Positions 25,282-36,870 of a stretch of 64,000 bases of DNA are shown piece by piece. The DNA is from Macrostomum lignano (Eukaryota). A program made the position numbers and the translations under genes. The notes beneath the pieces were generated by a model. The model had not been told where the DNA came from. It did not search any database and worked only from the letters and a program-made list of their open reading frames with translations. The stretch's first letter is position 1; each line of letters opens with the position of its first letter. Location of the stretch: contig NIVC01002414.1 of the NCBI GenBank assembly GCA_002269645.1, positions 1 to 64,000 of the forward strand, given 5' to 3'.

Positions 25282-26640
25282 GCCCAGCAACTGGGGATTT
25301 TGGAGGCTGGCCTAGCAACTAAAGATTCTGAGAGGCTAGGTCAGAAACTGACAATGAGAGGCTGGCCCAGCAACTGAGGATCTGGGAGGCTGGCCCAGCA
25401 ACTGGGGATCTAGGAGGCTGGCCCAGCAACTGGGGATCTGGAAGGCTGTCCCAGCAACTGGGGATCTGGGAGGCTGGCCCAGCAACTGGGGATCTGGAAG
25501 GCTGGCCCAGCAACTGAGGGTCTGGGAGGCTGGCCCAGCAACTGAGGATCTGGGAGGCTGGCCCAGCAACTGGGGATCTAGGAGGCTGGCCCAGCAACTG
25601 GGGATCTAGGAGGCTGGCCCAGCAACTGGGGATCTAGGAGGCTGGCCCAGCAACTGGGGATCTGGAAGGCTGGCCCAGCAACAGAGGATCTGGAAGGCTG
25701 GCCCAGCAACAGAGGATCTGGAAGGCTGGCTCAGCAACTGGGGATCTGGGAGGCTGGCCAAGCAGCTGAGGATCTGGGAGGCTGGCCAAGCAGCTGAGGG
25801 TCTGGGAGGCTGGCCCAGCAACTGAGGATCTGGAAGGCTGGCCCAGCAACAGAGGATCTGGAAGGCTGGCTCAGCAACAGGGGATCTGGGAGGCTGGCCA
25901 AGCAGCTGAGGGTCTGGGAGGCTGGCCCAGCAACTGAGGATCTGGGAGGCTGGCCCAGCAACTGAGGATCTGGGAGGCTGGCTTAGCAACTGGGGATCTG
26001 GGAGGCTGGCCCAGCAACTGGGGATCTGGGAGGCTGGCCCAGCAACTGGGGATCTGGGAGGCTGGCCCAGCAACTGGGGATCTGGGAGGCTGGCCCAGCA
26101 ACAGAGGATCTGGAAGGCTGGCTCAGCAACTGGGGATCTGGAAGGCTGGCTCAGCAACTGGGGATCTGGAAGGCTGGCCCAGCAACAGAGGATCTGGAAG
26201 GCTGGCTCAGCAACTGGGGATCTGGGAGGCTGGCCCAGCAACAGAGGATCTGGAAGGCTGGCTCAGCAACTGGGGATCTGGGAGGCTGGCCCAGCAACAG
26301 AGGATCTGGAAGGCTGGCTCAGCAACTGGGGATCTGGGAGGCTGGCCCAGCAACAGAGGATCTGGAAGGCTGGCTCAGCAACTGGGGATCTGGGAGGCTG
26401 GCCCAGCAACTGGGGATCTGGGAGGCTGGCCCAGCAACTGGGGATCTGGGAGGCTGGCCAAGCAACTGGGGATCTGGGAGGCTGGCCAAGCAGCTGAGCA
26501 TGTGGGAGGCTGGCCAAGCAGCTGGGGATCTGGGAGGCTGGCCAAGCAGCTGAGGATGTGGGAGGCTGGCCCAGCAACTGGGGATCTGGAAGGCTGGCTC
26601 AGCAACTGGGGATCTGGGAGGCTGGCCAAGCAGCTGAGGG
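25282..26640. repeat. 28-bp minisatellite (ACTGGGGATCTGGGAGGCTGGCCCAGCA)
   Basis: Tandem copies. The same unit recurs at 28762-28912 and 62554-62704. Confidence 0.95.
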
Positions 26641-27211
26641 TCTCGGTCCACAAGTACCTACACGCAGGAGGAGTAACTGGCGGACAATGCCGGTGCATGT
26701 TGTTTTAGGCCTAAGCAGAAAAAAATCGACTCAACAAAAGGTTTTTAATTACTAAAGTATTTTGCTAAACTGGGAGAGCAGTTGAAAGCAGAGTAGCGCA
26801 GCAGCGACGCACTGGTCTGCAGTTTTGTAGTAATATATTTAGGCGCGAACAATCGCACAATGGCAATGCCATATTGCCGCATTGCCAGCACATTAATAGA
26901 AAGTTGCATAAGGTACATATAATTGAACAGGCTTATTTATATACTGGTAAAACTACTTGTATTCGTGACACGACTGGTCAGAGAAGGCTGGATTACCAAA
27001 TTCTTAGTACATATGAATTAGAAGTACAGAGACCATCCCGGTTAAATAACAGAATCCCATATTATTACCGAAGTCATTTGAAACTTTGCTTAAAATGTCT
27101 GCTTTTCTACTAGCATCAGTAGTCAAACTAGCGTATTAATTGTTTTCTATTTATTAACCGAAAAGATTTAGCAAGTAAAATTGCCATACAATCAATATTG
27201 TTATAATTAGT

Positions 27212-28681
27212 TTAGCCATCGTACGACTTAGGCAAATCTTCGTGCATGATAATGCGCCGTTGTACGCCGCTTCGATTAATTACGGCTAAACGACAGACGC
27301 CACCGCTGGAACCGTCGCGTTTGATAGCCAGGCTGACAGATTTGGCAACGAACTCCTGGCATTCGGTGTCGGTCATGCCGGGCTTGAACTGAGCGTCCAG
27401 GTGGCCCCAGATGTAGGTGCTGCCGGAGCCGCCGGCTGCCATTGGCTGACGGACTAGCAGGCCGCCAAGGGGGATGCAGTACACCTGGCCGCCTGCGGAC
27501 ACGCACAAGCAATTGGCAGATTTATATGCAGGCGTATACAGTCAAAGATAACCGAATACTGGGTCTACAATAAAATAGGGGAAAACTAAGACTAGAGAAA
27601 GAAAATGGAAGACAACTAGAGAATAAAGACCACCTGAAAAAGACTGATTTGGGGACAAATACCTTAACAAGTTCTGGAGACAAAGACTAAAAGATTAGGT
27701 AGGGACAGAGACCAGAACAAGTCTAGGTAGCGACAAAGACCAGAACAAGACTAGGTAGCGACAAAGACCTGAAGACTAGGTAGGGACAAAGACAAGAACA
27801 AGACTAGGTAGCGACAAAGACCAGAAGACTAGGTAGGGACAAAGACCAGAACAAGACTAGGTAGCGACAAAGACCAGAACAAGACTAGGTAGCGACAAAG
27901 ACCAGAAGACTAGGTAGGGACAAAGACCAGAACAAGACTAGGTAGGGACAAAGACCAGAACAAGACTAGGTAGGGACAAAGACCAGAACAAGACTAGGTA
28001 GCGACAAAGACCTGAAGACTAGGTAGAGACAAAGACAAGAACAAGACTAGGTAGCGACAAAGACCAGAAGACTAGGTAGGGACAAAGACCAGAACAAGAC
28101 TAGGTAGCGACAAAGACCAGAACAAGACTAGGTAGCGACAAAGACCAGAACAAGACTAGGTAGCGACAAAGACCAGAACAAGACTAGGTAGCGACAAAGA
28201 CCTGAACAGACCAAAAAGACTAAAAGAAGGCCGATTAAAAGATTAAAAATCAGAGAGCGCCAATATCACATATCACAGATTTCAAAAAGACTGTTTGAAA
28301 TTAAAGGCTGAAACTTTTACCATTAACTTCGTCCCAACCGGCAACGATGACAGCGGCGGATAGATTATCTCTATTGTTATACAGGATGCTCTGCATAACG
28401 TGCGCCGCATATCGAACTGTCGGCTCGCGGCCCTGCGAGATTCGGCTAAAATCCAAATAATAGCGAACGTGATCAGCTATGGCCTGGGTGTCGGCGGCCG
28501 AACCGGAGCGGCAGCAATAGATGTACTCGGTCAGGGGCGTCAGCTTGTCCTGCGTTCGATTGGTCACGTAGGTTCCGGATGAGGTGCGCGAGTCGGCGCC
28601 AATCACAACGCCGCCGTTGTATTCAACAGCCATGATGGTTGTGCCAGTGAGCACTTCTTGTTGGGTCCAGTCGGCTAGCAT
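27212..28681 (-). CDS. PSMB6: Proteasome subunit beta type-6 (beta1), 2 exons
   Basis: Exons 28681-28321 and 27492-27212 (phase 1, GT-AG). Propeptide followed by catalytic TGTTIMAVEYNGGVVIGADSRTS, then QDKLT, CCRSGSAADTQAIAD, GGSGSTYIWG and RDGSSGGVCRL. Confidence 0.95.
27700..28210. repeat. 28-bp minisatellite in the PSMB6 intron (GAACAAGACTAGGTAGCGACAAAGACCA); mirrored at about 63256-63766
   Basis: Tandem copies, some 25-bp variants. Confidence 0.93.
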
Positions 28682-28761
28682 GGCTGCGCAGCTAATGGTG
28701 CTGGAAGTTTTTGATCAGAAGGTTGGCTAAACTTATGGCTGTAACGATATAGGAGGTTGCC

Positions 28762-28912
28762 ACTGGCCCAGCAACTGAGGATCTGGGAGGCTGGCCCAGC
28801 AACTAGGGATCTGGGAGACTGGCCCAGCAACTGGGGATCTGGGAGACTGACCCAGCAACTGGGGATCTGGGAGACTGGCCCAGCAACTGAGGATCTGGGA
28901 GGGTGGCCCAGT
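28762..28912. repeat. Short array of the same 28-bp unit as 25282-26640, just upstream of the PSMB6 ATG
   Basis: About 5 copies. Mirrored at 62554-62704. Confidence 0.9.
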
Positions 28913-28943
28913 AAGTAATGAAAAAGCAATCAAACATGCTTGG

Positions 28944-29098
28944 GTGCAATCTAGGGATTCACCCAGCCATTTCTATTGGCAACACACACATGTAAGTTGC
29001 TATTGGCTGAGAGCAGTCACGTGACTACTATTCTGTCCAATAGCGACTTACATGTGTGTTTGCCAATAGAAATGGCTGAGTGATTCCCAAGGTTGCAC
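28944..29098. other. 155-bp foldback (imperfect palindrome, MITE-like) centred on GTCACGTGAC; mirrored at about 62368-62522
   Basis: Arm gtgcaa..cagccatttctattggcaacacacacatgtaagttgctattgg pairs with arm ccaatagcgacttacatgtgtgtttgccaatagaaatggctg..ttgcac. Centre at 29015-29026. Confidence 0.85.
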
Positions 29099-31290
29099 AT
29101 GTATGCAATCAAAGATCTAGGAGGATAACCTAACAATAAGAATTTTAGGAAAATAGCTTAGCTAATAATGTTTAGTCTAAACATAATAAATAAATTAACA
29201 AAATATTATCTATAAAAGAATAACATTTGCAAGTCAGGCATAAAGATGTAATCTAGTATTTAAGTTTCCAAAATTATTAATTATAAATATAATATACATA
29301 TAATAGTATTAGAATAGAATAGTAGAATGGATTACTCCTAACTCCTATTGTATAAACTATTATGTAGCTAAGTTGGAACAAAAATATCACCCTGCTATAT
29401 ATTCTAAATGAAACAAGAAATTAGGTTCCTAATTTGATAATTGATTTAGGGCCAAGAAAGAAAAGACAGTTAGTGGGTGCTTATTAAGGAGATCCTAAGG
29501 ATCTAGGATCAATCAAAGTATTTAGAGGTCTGGAGTAAGAATAAGTCTAAGAGAAGGTAGTGGTTTCACAAACTCAAAATTTAATGACATGTAAAACACC
29601 TTACTTTATTTCTTTCCTTCCTTCAAATAGAAATTAAAGAAGTAAAAATTTTGACCTTGTGAAAGTGGCTACTATGAGTTTTCAATGTTATAAAATTTTA
29701 ATCTTATTTGGATACTAAGTTTTTGAATTTTTAAACGAAGCAGATTCAATCTTGCAAGAAAACAAAACAACACAAGTGACCAAACCCCAGAGAATAGCAA
29801 AGCAAAAGTGTAAAAGGTAAAGGATAAGGTAAATCTTTTCTTTCATTTAAGTTTTCTTTCAAGGTTTAAAACAGGCTCCTATTAATAGCCCTACAATCAT
29901 ATATCACATGATCATTTAAATATAATATATGATATTGAAGGCCTCAAACTTCTATTTACTAAGCAAACCTAATTACATCATTTGCTAGCTACACTGTGAT
30001 TGGAAAAGAAATTGGGATGGTGGGGTATAACAAAAAATAATTATTAATGATAGAAGATTATAAGCCTATAATAAATAAGCAAGGAAAAACTTTGGAAGAT
30101 AAGGGCTTATAAAGCTATCATACCCATGACTGATTTTGAACAATAGAAGAGATGGGGGTTAGTGTACAAGGGAGTAGGGCAGGCAATAAGCATTGCATAA
30201 GTTTTCCCTATAGAAATAATAGAAAGAAGGTGCAAAAATTAATAGGGGCCCAAGACAAACCTATATCATATTAATATAATTAGAATATTAGGAAGATAAT
30301 GCCTTTCTCTTGACAAAAAGATCTAATGTGCCTAACCCTAGGACTCTATTTTGCTTTTTGGTATGCTATATAATTTTAAAGACTTAGGCCTAGGACTAAT
30401 TAAGATTCTTTGCAAAAAACCCATAGCCCCCCCCCCTTATTGACTCATGACTCTACAAACAAAACTTTTTTAATACAATTAAAATATAATTTACTTTATA
30501 GTTTTTAAAGATAGGCTAATAATATGTTTTCAATTTTAAAAAGACTTTCATTTGATTAAAAATTGTATCAACTTAGTTGGAAGGTGTAGCAGTGTAGGCT
30601 AATTGATTTAGGGTCTAATGTGTGTATCAAATTGTGTAGCATCCTTTAAAAATCCTAGAAATTGGCCTTGGCCTAACCCTTAGCATTGGAGATATTAACA
30701 GTTTGATTATTTATAATTCACCAAAAAATACCAGGACATAGGGCCTATCAAAAATCATGGGCACCAAACTCACTGGCAATCATCTTAAAACGACTTATCA
30801 CTTAAACCTACTAAGACGAAAAATGAAACTTCTAGGGCTAGGCCTAGTAGACCTATTAATTAATACTAGCCCCTCCCCGCGCACCTACTCGGCAGCTAGC
30901 CTATCTACCCAACTGTAACTATGACGATGCTTATTAAAAGGCTTATTAATAAAAGAACATATTAATAAATTATTATTAAAAGAACGTTGAATAGTATATG
31001 CCACTTTATATTACAATAGGCCCTAACCGTAATTACTGCTTCCATTTACTAAAAAGGAATGGTACGCAGCGGTGAATGCAGTAAATAATTTACATAAATT
31101 ACGCCTAGCAATCAAAGTTGAGTTGAAGATTGGTTGTCAGAGACAGAGAGCCCCAACGCCAAGACTAAATAAATTTGCATTCACGAATGAATTTTTTAAA
31201 ACAGCACCTGAACTAAAATTAAAAATTGCACTTGTCACGCTCATTATACCAAAGTTATTACATCTTTTATTATATATTTGCGCTCTTTAA

Positions 31291-34129
31291 TTAAAACGCT
31301 ATCAGTTACTATTTAAAATAGGTTTTTGTAAAAAGGAAAATGCATTAAAACTTACCGAGTCATTCAACAAACCAATTTTTAATTTTTATAAAGAAATCGC
31401 GAAATTTCTTAAAGACCTGAGAAATGCCACCAGGCATGCCAGCAGAAGATATAAGATGTTCCCCACAAGTAGCAACCTCGCATCCAAAATACAGCTTAAA
31501 AAAACATATGAAAATAGCTTGATTTCTTGGAAACATGAATCAATACTGTGTGCAGAAAACATGATCAACCAGGCTTATATTCAAAATGATACAAGACAGC
31601 TTTGGCAATTACTGAAACCACATAACCGCCCCAATAACAATGCAGCAATTGACGAAAAATTTGTCATACACTTTCAAAATCTTGTAACTGAACAAGACAG
31701 CAGCATTAGACTAGCATACAATCTTCACCTTGACAACCCTATTCTGACTAATTTAGAGGATTTCAATGCCCCATTCACCAAAGAAGAAGTTATAAAACAT
31801 ATTAAAAAGCTCAAAACCGACAAAGCACCTGGGCATGATAAAGTATATGTAGAAACACTCAAATACCTTGAAAACGAACTTACTGACCTCCTATGCTCAC
31901 TTTTCAACGAAGCACTCAAACAAGGAACCTTTCCAACTAGTTGGATTACAAATACTCTTCATCCGATTTATAAAAACAAAGGCAGCAGTGCCGACCCCAA
32001 CAATTACAGAGGAATCTGCATTCAACCAATTTTTGGCAAGCTCTTTTGCCAAATTATTAAATCCAGACTTGAAAACCTAGCATACGCTAACAATCTTATA
32101 TCAAAATACCAATACGGTTTCAAGCCCAATCACAGCACAATCGACCAATGTTTTAATCTTTACAACATTATAAACCAGTCCATCTACAACAAAAATGAAC
32201 TCTTTATCGGTTTTGTTGACTATGAAAAAGCCTTCGATAGCTTAAATCAACCGACCCTTTGGCACAAAACGGATAACCAAGGTATTAAAGGTCAAATGAC
32301 AGAACTTATCAAGAACATGCATAAAAATGCCTGTTTCATTCTAAAGAAAGATGATGATGATGATGAAACCCAGCCAATCCCAATATCTAAAGGTGTTCTT
32401 CAAGGTAACCCTCTCTCTACCATCCTTTTTGAACTATATATTGACGACATTGTTGAATATCTTGAACTCTCTAGCGCTAGGCGCTCTCTTACGAGATCTG
32501 CTTTCCCACTCATCCTGCTCTTTGCGGACGATCAAGCCATTCTAGCTAAAAACAAAGATGAACTTCAAGACACATTTACAACTATGGAAAATTACTGCAA
32601 GCAAAACTACTTGAAAGTTAATGCAAGCAAAACAAAGTTTATGCAGGGCAGTACCAGACAAAAAAATGACACAGAAAGTTTTGCTACAAAAATAATCTAC
32701 GACAACCAAGAAATAGAGGAAGTAAATGAATTTAAATACCTGGGAATTATTTTTGAACCAAAAAACAGCTTTAAAAAATGTATTGAACATCAAACTAAGC
32801 AGGGTTATTCAGCTATGTTTTCCCTACTCCACAAGGTAAAAAATACGTCCCTGGACATCACACTCATTCGCAGACTATTCGACGCGCTTGTCACCCCCGT
32901 TATCACGTACGGCTGTGAGCTCTGGGGCCCTCTGGCTACCATTTCTGAAACAAAAGCTATTGATAACATTCAGCTGAAATTCTACAAATATCTCCTCAAT
33001 CTACCAAAATTTGCTAGCAACAGTGTGATATCATCAGAACTTGAGCTTACTCCAATCTCCCAACGAATTGCTAAAACCTATCTTACCTACTGGCTGAAGA
33101 TTAGACATCAAAAACTTTGCCAAACGACACTAGAAATTTTCTACTCAAACACCAGCCAAAAAAATCCATGGAAAACAAATATACTAAAGAAACTGGAAAG
33201 TATAGACTTAAAAGCACTAACTGAAGATAAACTTTCCCAAAGCTTTAATAACGAGAAATACCTAGTGAAAAAGCACCTCAAGATACACAGAGAAAGAGAA
33301 CTTAGCCAAAAGCTAGAGAATCAGCAACATATTAAACTCTATAAAAACGCCTATCTCTACAAAAAAATCTGCAGGCCTGACCTTTCAGATTACTTTCCAT
33401 GCACTTTTAGAAACAAAAAATTCCTAACAACCCTCCTAAAACTGAAATGCGAAATTACACCCAACATTTTCTCTCATGAACCATGTAGACTGTGTGGAGC
33501 GAGAAATGGTTCCGATATCCTACACTACTTGACCGAATGTCCACAAACCGAAAAGTTCAGAAAAAAATACTTCTGTCAGTACCTCCTAAATGACAAGCAA
33601 GTACACAAGTTAGGATATGCTACAAATGAAAAAAGAGTCAGAAAAGAGCTCACTGGTGTAGCTAAAATATATGAAGTCATGAATAGCTAAAACAGTTATG
33701 CAAACTGAAACAGACATATCAGCAGTGAAATAAATCCGCCTTTCCCATTTTTAATTTCCTACTTAATTAGCACTTAATTAGTATTTAATTAGTTTCCTAT
33801 CTAATACCTATTTAAATCGTCGTCATTCGCTTAACGTAAAGTCCCTTCGAAGTTCGTTTTTGTTCATTTTTCTTTCGTTTTTACTTTTATTAACTGCAAT
33901 ACTTTTTTTAACTCCTTGCTTTTTCTTTCGCTTCGTTAGTCGTCCAAGTATCGTTAATAACTTTTCCGCGTTCTTTCAAATACCATTTTGCAAAACTCGT
34001 ACTAATCATAATTAAATAACTAGTGCTAAAATATTGTCTCCTATTCCTGAAGCAATCTTAAATACATAGAAATATATTGGCCAAACAGGCTTCTTGCCTG
34101 AGCCAACTTACTACTACTACTACTACTAC
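31291..34129 (+). mobile_element. Non-LTR retrotransposon (RTE/RTEX- or L2/CR1-like; clade not resolved) with a (TAC)n tail
   Basis: RT ORF followed by a 3' UTR, hairpin caggc-ttctt-gcctg (34086-34100) and (TAC)n at about 34109-34129. The reading frame is open upstream to 31291. The true 5' end is unknown. Confidence 0.88.
31456..33690 (+). CDS. LINE reverse transcriptase ORF (744 aa) with a C-terminal CCHC-like zinc knuckle; no APE endonuclease visible
   Basis: KAPGHD, NNYRGICI, QYGF, FVDYEKAFDSL, GVLQGNPLSTILF, LLFADD, FKYLG, PVITYGCELWG, CRLC...HYLTEC. Confidence 0.93.
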   Translation: MFPTSSNLASKIQLKKTYENSLISWKHESILCAENMINQAYIQNDTRQLWQLLKPHNRPNNNAAIDEKFVIHFQNLVTEQDSSIRLAYNLHLDNPILTNLEDFNAPFTKEEVIKHIKKLKTDKAPGHDKVYVETLKYLENELTDLLCSLFNEALKQGTFPTSWITNTLHPIYKNKGSSADPNNYRGICIQPIFGKLFCQIIKSRLENLAYANNLISKYQYGFKPNHSTIDQCFNLYNIINQSIYNKNELFIGFVDYEKAFDSLNQPTLWHKTDNQGIKGQMTELIKNMHKNACFILKKDDDDDETQPIPISKGVLQGNPLSTILFELYIDDIVEYLELSSARRSLTRSAFPLILLFADDQAILAKNKDELQDTFTTMENYCKQNYLKVNASKTKFMQGSTRQKNDTESFATKIIYDNQEIEEVNEFKYLGIIFEPKNSFKKCIEHQTKQGYSAMFSLLHKVKNTSLDITLIRRLFDALVTPVITYGCELWGPLATISETKAIDNIQLKFYKYLLNLPKFASNSVISSELELTPISQRIAKTYLTYWLKIRHQKLCQTTLEIFYSNTSQKNPWKTNILKKLESIDLKALTEDKLSQSFNNEKYLVKKHLKIHRERELSQKLENQQHIKLYKNAYLYKKICRPDLSDYFPCTFRNKKFLTTLLKLKCEITPNIFSHEPCRLCGARNGSDILHYLTECPQTEKFRKKYFCQYLLNDKQVHKLGYATNEKRVRKELTGVAKIYEVMNS

Positions 34130-34317
34130 GCGCGCAGTAGTGATCTTATCTTATTAAATGCATTATTTAAATTGCTTCTACCAACAACTTCTCAATGACA
34201 GTATTATTGAAGTAAAGCCAGAGCCTTTTACCTGAACGAAACCAAAATCAAAGTGAATATCTCTTCATAGTTTTGAACAGGTTAACATACTAACTTTAAA
34301 TAATTTTACAAGGTAGG

Positions 34318-34718
34318 TAGAGGTCGGACGGGATTGAAATATTCGGGCGGGATCGGGATCGGGAATAATTTTTTTCTCGGGATCGGGATCGGGATCGGGA
34401 TTTCGGGAATCGGGATCAGGTCTTTTAGTGTATTGTCCATGTAAAGTTAAACAAAATTGAGAAAAGATTGTCAAGATCAAGAAGTAAAACACAACGAATT
34501 TGATATGAAGTTTTGTAACCAACAAAGTAAATAATGTAACGAGTACAAGTTAAAGCAAAATACCTTCAAGTAATCACTAATTCTATAAACTATTTAATCA
34601 AAAGACCTGTTCCCGAATCTCGAGTTTTTTAGGGTCGGGATTCTCGTCCCGCGGGAATTCAATTTTCCTCGGGATCCCGAGATTTCGGGATCGGGATCGG
34701 GATCCCGTCCGACCTCTA
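34318..34718. mobile_element. 401-bp hAT-family MITE
   Basis: Perfect 17-bp TIR TAGAGGTCGGACGGGAT (34318-34334 and 34702-34718), 8-bp TSD AAGGTAGG (34310-34317 and 34719-34726), subterminal CGGGAT arrays, and a single-TSD empty site at 59904-59911. Confidence 0.95.
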
Positions 34719-36504
34719 AAGGTAGGCCTATATATATATATAATGAGATAATTTGAGTACCGCAACAGGACAGTAAAAAATCAAAGGTTTACATTTCTAA
34801 TCCTAACTTTTGAACTTTTTTTGAAGTCTGATATTATTTCACTCATTTAATTGAAAGTATGAATGCTCGCACTGTTGCCAGAAATAACGATTTCTTTTTT
34901 TCTGGAATTCCAGAAAAGAAAGATTTTTTTTGGAGAAAACGGACGTTTTAATGTATCATAGTTTTTTAATGTAAACATATTTTTAAACTGGTTAATTTAT
35001 TAATCACTATATCTATATGGCTAGAACAGTTGAATTTAGGTTGTCGGAATTTTTTTTGCTTTACAAAATTATTCCATCACTTCAATCAAGCCATGAAAAT
35101 CTTATCACACCCAGTTTTGTGAAATTTGTCCAGCTATCCAGTTTAGATAATGGTGATCTTGGTTTATTATGTTATTGGCATTGGTTAACCTTTTTAATCT
35201 GGAGGGAGTATTACTATAAACCAAAAAATCATCACAAATATTATAAAAATGTTATTGCTTTTTATGCTTTGCTATAAAATATTTCATTTCAGTTTTTTTA
35301 AAGTAGAAACATGTAATCTCAGTTCTAATTGAGAAGAATATTAACACTGTTTTTTAGTTTTTTACATTTATCATTCACATCTTTGCATTTACATATTTAC
35401 AAATGACCTAAATTACATACCCTAACCTATATTTTATATTTTGCCTATTGTTTAATGGATTAAAGAATTTTTTAGTCCTTTGTATGAAAATTTGCCAGGA
35501 CAACTTTGCTAAGGTCCTAAAGGATGTAACTAAGAAGTTATACTTACAGTTTTCATTTTGAATAGATTTTACATGATATTGTGAATATAACATTTTTGAA
35601 TTCATTTCTCGATACTTATTTCATTCATCACAGCACGAAATATGGCTTGCAGAATTTAGAATAAAAGTCAAAAATAAAAGGCATCTGATTGTGTAATCCA
35701 ATTACAGAAACAGTTAGAAAAGTATTCTTATGCTAAACAAATGCTTGGAGTTCCTTGAAGATTCCCCACGAAAATACCTTAAAAAGTACAGATTTCGGGT
35801 TTGTTTATGTTTTAGACTGACCGGGACAGTAAGATTTAGCTTGCAAGGGATCTGACGTCAAACATTTCTGTGACCGGCGAATTTTTTCAAGCTTGACTGA
35901 CGATTTGGAGACGAAAGGGGTTGGAAACTTTAAGGATTCGGTGGATTTTATGGCTCAGAATTCAACCGAAGAATCGCTGCTGCGATATTTTGTTTGAAGA
36001 TTTAAGGCTCAGCAGTCTGAACCCTCCCTGCCTTCCCCCCCCCCCAGGCCGCTTCCCTGATCGATGGTGCTCCATCTAGTCTTGCATGTGCGCGCCCTAT
36101 AAAGATCGATGCCCACCCTTCATCCTCTGCGATCGTCGTCGCTCACTTCTTACATAGACTCTTCTCTATATATTCTATATATCTGATAGCCATAGCTCTG
36201 AGCCAGATCTCTCAGTATAAAGCATCAGAATCTACCGATTTTACTGTCGGGTTTGCTTAATTTTTTATCTATCTAGCATAGAAGAATTTTTGAGGTTTTG
36301 AAACGCCCTCCCCCCAACTAACGGAGGAATGGTCAATGCTGACACTGGTGCTTTTTTGAAATATTGACACAAGAGCTCTTAAATATCGGCATTCTTTGAC
36401 TCTATGTTCAATTTATGTTTGTTTTAGGTTGTTTTAGGTGTAAAAATCTCTAAAATTTTAGATCCTCTTAAACGTTCAAATCTACCTTAAAAATTACATA
36501 TCTT

Positions 36505-36870
36505 CTTGAGAGTACAAACCCTCTCAGAAGTACAGATCCTCTCAGAAGTGCAGATCCTCTCAAAAGTACAGATCCTCTCAGAAGTGCAGATACTCTCAGA
36601 AGTACAGATCCTCTCAAAAGTACAGATCCTCTCAGAAGTACAGATCCTCTCAGAAGTACAGATCCTCTCAAAAGTACAGATCCTCTCAGAAGTACAGATC
36701 CTCTCAGAAGTACAGATCCTCTCAAAAGTACAGATCCTCTCAAAAGTACAGATCCTCTCAGAAGTACAGATCCTCTCAGAAGTACAGATCCTCTCAGAAG
36801 TACAGATCCTCTCAGAAGTGCAGATCCTCTCAAAAGTACAGATCCTCTCAAAAGTACAAATCTTTTTATA
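36505..36870. repeat. 18-bp minisatellite (AGAAGTACAGATCCTCTC); mirrored at about 57758-58123
   Basis: Tandem copies. Unit order differs slightly between the two arms. Confidence 0.95.

Noticed and set aside
29100-31290. AT-rich region as a decayed endonuclease or ORF1 part of the LINE
   Set aside because: Stops in all frames and no recognisable APE motifs, so it cannot be assigned without alignment.
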